From Candidatus Heimdallarchaeota archaeon (GTDB lineage Archaea > Asgardarchaeota > Heimdallarchaeia > Hodarchaeales > Hodarchaeaceae): a stretch of DNA of 64,000 bases. Location of the stretch: NCBI GenBank assembly GCA_020353515.1, contig CP070695.1, positions 4,426,823 through 4,490,822 of the forward strand, given 5' to 3'. A program made the position numbers and the translations under genes. Shown piece by piece: positions 59,573-64,000 of the stretch. Every line of letters starts with the position of its first letter. The stretch's first letter is position 1. The notes beneath the pieces were generated by a model that saw only the letters and a program-made list of their open reading frames with translations, was not told the DNA's origin and made no database searches.

Positions 59573-60874
59573 GTGAATAAAATGAAATTAAAAAACATTT
59601 TTAGTTTCTTTATCTTTGTTACTATCATTTTTGGGGTATCTCTCACCCCAAAATCCTCGTTAAATGACGTTTCAGGAGATGATTCCTATTCAGGTTTAAG
59701 AGGTGTCAATTTAGGCAATTTTTTGGAGGCACCAAATGAGGGAGATTGGACTAATGGGCTTTTAATCAAAGAAAAACATTTCCAGCGGATTGCCTCAGCT
59801 GGATTCAACCTCGTACGTGTACCTATACGGTGGAATGCTCATGCTATGGATATTACTCCTTATACCATTGATTCCTCTTTCTTTGATCGGGTTGATTGGG
59901 TAATTGATCAGAGTTTTGCAAATAATTTGTCAATTATTATCAATATTCACCATTATAATGAGTTAATGGCTGATCCTGAAAGCCATAGGGGTCGATTCCT
60001 TGAGTTATGGCAACAAATCTCCCACCATTATCAGAATTATTCCCACGACTTATTTTTTGAAGTGTTAAATGAGCCCCATGATAATTTAACTAACATCCTA
60101 TGGAATCAGTACCTTCAAGACGCTATCGATATTATTCGTGTAACAAATCCTGATAGAACTCTGATCGTAGGCCCAACAAATTGGAATAATGTTTGGACAC
60201 TGTCTGACCTTGTACTCCCCCAAAACGACTCCAACATCGTGGCCACTTTCCACTTCTACTCTCCTTTTGAATTTACGCATCAAGGTGCTGAATGGGTCTC
60301 AGGAAGTAATGCATGGCTAGGGACTAATTGGACGAGTTCTCAGGCTGAAAAGGATGGAATTGACAATGAAATCGACTTTGCAGTTAATTGGGCTAAAACA
60401 AATAATAGAAGCTTATTTATCGGAGAATTCGGAGCATACCAATACGGATACATGAATGGTCGAATTGAATGGACCGCCTATGTCCGTGCAAAGGCGGAAT
60501 CAATCCCTGAAATGTGGGGTTGGGCCTACTGGGAGTTTTGTTCTGGTTTTGGAATCATGGACAGTAGTTTAAGTTATTGGTACACAGGACTATTGGGTTC
60601 TCTCCTTCCAGATAGTCCATTGATTAAAAGAGACTATTCTACAAGCAGTTCGCTTCCTGTCCTAGAATCGACTCCGGGATCTGAAAGTAGTTCTATCTCA
60701 TTTACTACGACATCAGAGTCCACTAATCTGGAAATAATGCCCATTCTTTTATTAACTTCCCTTATCACTGTTTTTTATAAAAAAAAGCAAGAAAAATCAA
60801 AAGAACTAGATACTATTACTTCAAAAAAGAATGAGAAAAATAAACCAAATGAGAATAGGATAAATCTGCATTAA
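59573..60874 (+). CDS. Glycoside hydrolase family 5 (endoglucanase-like), surface anchored
   Basis: RGVNLGN, VRVPIRW, NIHHY, LNEP (acid/base), FTHQGA, IGEFG (nucleophile), YWEF; signal peptide; S/T linker and TM. Confidence 0.93.
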   Translation: MNKMKLKNIFSFFIFVTIIFGVSLTPKSSLNDVSGDDSYSGLRGVNLGNFLEAPNEGDWTNGLLIKEKHFQRIASAGFNLVRVPIRWNAHAMDITPYTIDSSFFDRVDWVIDQSFANNLSIIINIHHYNELMADPESHRGRFLELWQQISHHYQNYSHDLFFEVLNEPHDNLTNILWNQYLQDAIDIIRVTNPDRTLIVGPTNWNNVWTLSDLVLPQNDSNIVATFHFYSPFEFTHQGAEWVSGSNAWLGTNWTSSQAEKDGIDNEIDFAVNWAKTNNRSLFIGEFGAYQYGYMNGRIEWTAYVRAKAESIPEMWGWAYWEFCSGFGIMDSSLSYWYTGLLGSLLPDSPLIKRDYSTSSSLPVLESTPGSESSSISFTTTSESTNLEIMPILLLTSLITVFYKKKQEKSKELDTITSKKNEKNKPNENRINLH

Positions 60875-60885
60875 TCACAAATTTC

Positions 60886-61400
60886 ATGGAGGAAAAGATT
60901 ATCATTCAAACTAAACCCATCTTAGTACAGGAGCTAGTTCAGGTATTGGAAAACTGGTCACGGAATTTTTAGCCCAGAAAGGTTATCTTGTTTATGCCTG
61001 TGCACGGAAACCAATTGATATTGAGAGGCTGAATAAGATAGAAAATGTTATCTCATTCCAGTTAGATGTTACCAACCCAGTAGATGTCCAACAAGTCGTA
61101 GCTCGGGTGAACAAGGAAGATAGAGGGTTGTACGGACTTGTAAATAACGCTGGTGTTGGGGATAGTTAGCCGATCTGTGCTACAAGTGAAGAAATGTTAC
61201 ATCGTGTTTTCAATGTAAAATTTTATGGTCCTCTCCGCATCACAAACGCATTAATATCCTTTTTAATCGAATCCCGAGGCCGAATCGTTAATATAAGCTC
61301 TGTCTCTGGACTGATCACACGCTGTTCTAGATGCATTATTTAATGAACACCCAAAATCAAGATATTTATTTATTTCTCAATTAGAGAACGAACTGTTTAC
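60886..61400 (+). pseudogene. SDR family oxidoreductase pseudogene
   Basis: KPILV/frameshift/TGASSGIG...LDVT...VNNAG...in-frame TAG...GRIVNISSVSG, then jumps to DALFNEHPKSRY; the YxxxK region is missing. Confidence 0.85.
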
Positions 61401-61551
61401 CTTGGTTCTCAAATATCAATTTCTCAAGGTTTACCAGCTTTTCGAAGATAATTCTCATGGGTTTACCGTAATGGATTTATGGAATTTATTGGATGAGGTA
61501 ATTAATGAGAATTAAAGGAAATTGTGGAAAGGAACCTTAGGACCCATATAA

Positions 61552-61878
61552 TTAATCAATTTCGTATTTCGAAGCTAGTTTAACGATTAGAAAAATAACG
61601 AATGCTATTATGATGAATGTGACCAATTCTCCAAGGAAATGGCCAATTAAAAAGTCAGCAGTCCCAATTGAATAAGTTATCTGATCCCAAGGGACATCCG
61701 CTCCAGGAAGGAGCTCGAAAATGGGCATGATGAGATCATTAACAAATGCTTGAACGAGAGAGCCCAAATAGATGCCCATAATGAAAGCGACAGCTAAGCC
61801 CAAAACTTTATAATTCTTGAGAAATTCTTTAAACTCTTGAAAAAGATTTTTTGGTTTTTCTTCTGATTCAGTCGTCAT
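61552..61878 (-). CDS. mscL: Large-conductance mechanosensitive channel
   Basis: EFKEFL...VLGLAVAFIMG...LVQAFVNDLIMP...GHFL...FIIIAFVIFLIVK. Confidence 0.92.
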   Translation of the reverse strand: MTTESEEKPKNLFQEFKEFLKNYKVLGLAVAFIMGIYLGSLVQAFVNDLIMPIFELLPGADVPWDQITYSIGTADFLIGHFLGELVTFIIIAFVIFLIVKLASKYEID

Positions 61879-62011
61879 TTTTTCACCTCAAGTAGGGAAA
61901 AAGAAAATTGGTTAGTAGACTATACATAATTTCCTAATAAATATTATTACATCCTAGAACTGATCAAAAATTGTTATCACCGAAAAAAAGCAAGTTCTCA
62001 AATTAATGGTA

Positions 62012-62644
62012 TCATTCTTTCCCTAAATTCAACAATGGAGGGAAAGGACTCGCTAAAATAAAGGTGAAATAACTATTTGGGTCAATTTCAGCAAGAGGTT
62101 GTAAACTGAGTTTATGATCTTCATGAAATTGATAGATGAATTGATTGAGCTCTTTTAGAAAGAGTTCACCTATTTCTTTGTTCATTATTCCTACAGACAT
62201 TAGTTCCTTTTCAGCTAGAATATTCTGAACAAAATTATTGATTTCTCGCGTTTTAGAATTGAAAATATTTTCCAGATTTCGTTGAACGGCTAGTAATGTT
62301 ATTTTCATAAACTCTAAGTCCATATTTGCTAGTGCCTCTTGTACAACTGAACCCAAATCTCCAAATTTACGTAAAAAATTGTTTGGACTCAATTTCCAAT
62401 AATTAATTGCAAAATTACGAATTGTTTCTGTCTTCGATACAAAGACCAATCCAGTTCTCTCTAAATTTCTCAAATTTCGGGTAATGGTTGATTGATCTTT
62501 GTTTGTTAAATTGGCAAGTTGTTTTACAGTCAATTCTTGATGAATTATTAAATTCCAAGCTATCAATGCTCGTGTTTCAGATTTAAACAACCTTTCAAAA
62601 TAGTTTCTAAGGTTTGCTCCTTCTTCTGTGGCTGTAATTCCCAT
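62012..62644 (-). CDS. Winged-HTH (MarR/ArsR-like) regulator
   Basis: LTVKQLANLTNKDQSTITRNLRNLERTGLV. Confidence 0.85.
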   Translation of the reverse strand: MGITATEEGANLRNYFERLFKSETRALIAWNLIIHQELTVKQLANLTNKDQSTITRNLRNLERTGLVFVSKTETIRNFAINYWKLSPNNFLRKFGDLGSVVQEALANMDLEFMKITLLAVQRNLENIFNSKTREINNFVQNILAEKELMSVGIMNKEIGELFLKELNQFIYQFHEDHKLSLQPLAEIDPNSYFTFILASPFPPLLNLGKE

Positions 62645-62709
62645 CTTTGTTCTGTCTCCATGAACACATTACTATCTGACACAATAAATACATTTTTATA
62701 TAAACATTT

Positions 62710-62759
62710 TGCATCATGCATACAGGTGCGTTGCACAATACACACGAGTGCACAACGCA
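62710..62759. promoter_or_regulatory. Putative operator array (TGCA-N3-TGCA-like, 3 copies)
   Basis: TGCATCATGCA (62710), TGCGTTGCACA (62727), TGCACAACGCA (62749) in a divergent intergenic region. Confidence 0.55.
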
Positions 62760-62792
62760 TCATAAATAAAAATTCACTTTGGTGACAAAAAA

Positions 62793-62963
62793 ATGAAAGG
62801 AAAAAAAATCTTAACAAGAATAGAAGAAAACACAAAATTCTTTGATCTTTGCTACTGGAAAGAACGTCGAAAAAATCCAGATTCACCCAATTTAAAGAAT
62901 TGGACTGCAAAAAAACGGAAAAACTTTCAGAACCTTTGGTTTGGTGAGGAAAGTGATCAATGA
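62793..62963 (+). CDS. Small basic 56-aa protein
   Basis: GGTGA RBS, then MKGKKILTRIEENTKFFDLCYWKERRKNPDSPNLKNWTAKKRKNFQNLWFGEESDQ*; overlaps the start of the CPBP gene. Confidence 0.5.
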   Translation: MKGKKILTRIEENTKFFDLCYWKERRKNPDSPNLKNWTAKKRKNFQNLWFGEESDQ

Positions 62964-63747
62964 AAATAAGAGTCATATAAGGAAAACAGTCTCAATCCAT
63001 CAACATTCGTTTAGATTTCTCATCGCGCTTCATCTGCTACCTGGAGTGTTACTATTTATGGGAATGATCTTGTTTTCTCAACCTGTAGTAGTTAATTTCT
63101 TTGGAATTGATCCAAAACTTGGTCCTGTTTTTGGTTACCTCGCTGCTTCGACCTTACTGTTGGTAGAAGTACTTTGGCTAGTACGAGAGAAAAGAAAATC
63201 GGAAAGCAGCGAACTACAAAAAAAGATCATAGAATATACCGAGGGAAGCCCGATGTGGCAATATTTCGTCGCCATCCCAATCTTAGTGGCTTTTACATTA
63301 ATCATGTACTTGGTAATCGCTCCACTTGTGCAACCATTCATTATAGATACGTTCTTCAGTTGGTACCCACAAGAATACAACTTTCAAGCTATTATACATG
63401 ACCCGTCGGTGTTATCTAATTTTAAAACATATGCAGGAGCCCAATTATTGGCGATTGTAAATTTCATATTACCAGCAACAACTTTAACTATAGTAGAAGA
63501 GTTTTATTTTCGAGGATACCTGCTACCACGCATGGAAGAGCATGTGAAAGGATATGCACCGTTATTAAATGTAATCCTCTTTTCGGTGTATCATTTTTTT
63601 TCACCATGGGAAAATTTGATAAGGATCCTTGCCCTTCTTCCAGTTGTTTACTTAGTTTGGTATAAAAGGGACATTCGATATCTATTGATCACTCATCTAC
63701 TAGCAAATGCAGTAGGCGGAATATATGTCCTATTTATGGCTTTTTAA
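62941..63747 (+). CDS. CPBP (Abi/Rce1-like) intramembrane glutamic metalloprotease
   Basis: EEFYFRG, FSVYH, HLLAN motifs; multiple TM. Confidence 0.9.
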   Translation: MVRKVINENKSHIRKTVSIHQHSFRFLIALHLLPGVLLFMGMILFSQPVVVNFFGIDPKLGPVFGYLAASTLLLVEVLWLVREKRKSESSELQKKIIEYTEGSPMWQYFVAIPILVAFTLIMYLVIAPLVQPFIIDTFFSWYPQEYNFQAIIHDPSVLSNFKTYAGAQLLAIVNFILPATTLTIVEEFYFRGYLLPRMEEHVKGYAPLLNVILFSVYHFFSPWENLIRILALLPVVYLVWYKRDIRYLLITHLLANAVGGIYVLFMAF

Positions 63748-63804
63748 CTCCCAACTGCCAGCTAGCCCTTTTTTCCAAGGAGACCTATCAGCCTCATTTT
63801 CTCT

Positions 63805-63999
63805 TCATATTAGAGGAAACTGAACCACCACATAAAGAAGAATACTAAATGCAATAATAGAAATCACAATGTCGAATTTCCCTGTATTTAGAAATGGGAT
63901 AAATAATGGTGTTTTGACTTTATAGCTATCATATTCAGTACCAAATTTCTTCAATAGGTATTTATCTTCTATAAATGCCAGAATAATATAAGCAAGTAG
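63805..63999 (-). CDS. ICMT/PEMT family methyltransferase, C-terminal part (runs off window end)
   Basis: Manual translation LLAYIILAFIEDKYLLKKFGTEYDSYKVKTPLFIPF...*. Confidence 0.7.
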   Translation of the reverse strand, partial: LLAYIILAFIEDKYLLKKFGTEYDSYKVKTPLFIPFLNTGKFDIVISIIAFSILLYVVVQFPLI

Positions 64000-64000
64000 T

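Noticed and set aside
34599-61170. In-frame stops in the YCII and SDR frames as selenocysteine, pyrrolysine or genetic-code change
   Set aside because: The stops are TAA and TAG, the SDR also has a frameshift and a deletion, and all three stop codons end normal genes here
391-63401. Many 60-150 aa ORFs antisense to or nested in larger genes (e.g. 8876-9328, 26011-26322, 37627-38025, 54183-54563, 62563-62976)
   Set aside because: Shadow ORFs of well-supported genes with no recognisable motifs

Overview
AT-rich archaeal chromosome window with no rRNA, tRNA, CRISPR array, integrase or transposase visible. The gene content strongly suggests an Asgard archaeon of the Heimdallarchaeia/Hodarchaeales type (inference). 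The basis is RING-like zinc fingers, long 23-aa LRR proteins, a longin/uDENN-like domain, a PlsC-type acyltransferase, archaeal wHTH/HTH_10 regulators, and surface proteins with a Ser/Thr linker, TM helix and basic tail. It is an accessory region containing surface-anchored hydrolases (M14, S8, GH5, beta-helix, LVIVD), flavin oxidoreductases, transporters, many regulators with visible operator arrays, and at least five gene remnants missed or only partly captured by the ORF track. Most notable: (1) a response-regulator receiver fused to a uDENN/longin-like domain, near a 7TM protein that ends in a bare His-box helix; (2) a VTC-like plus CYTH-like gene pair converging on two coupled LRR paralogues with Arg-rich concave faces; (3) a membrane-anchored SF2 helicase gene bracketed by a 31-bp direct repeat that overlaps the 3' end of a C4C4 zinc-finger gene; (4) a membrane-tethered wHTH regulator paired with an HExxH membrane protein. 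All family calls are by eye from motifs; no searches were run.
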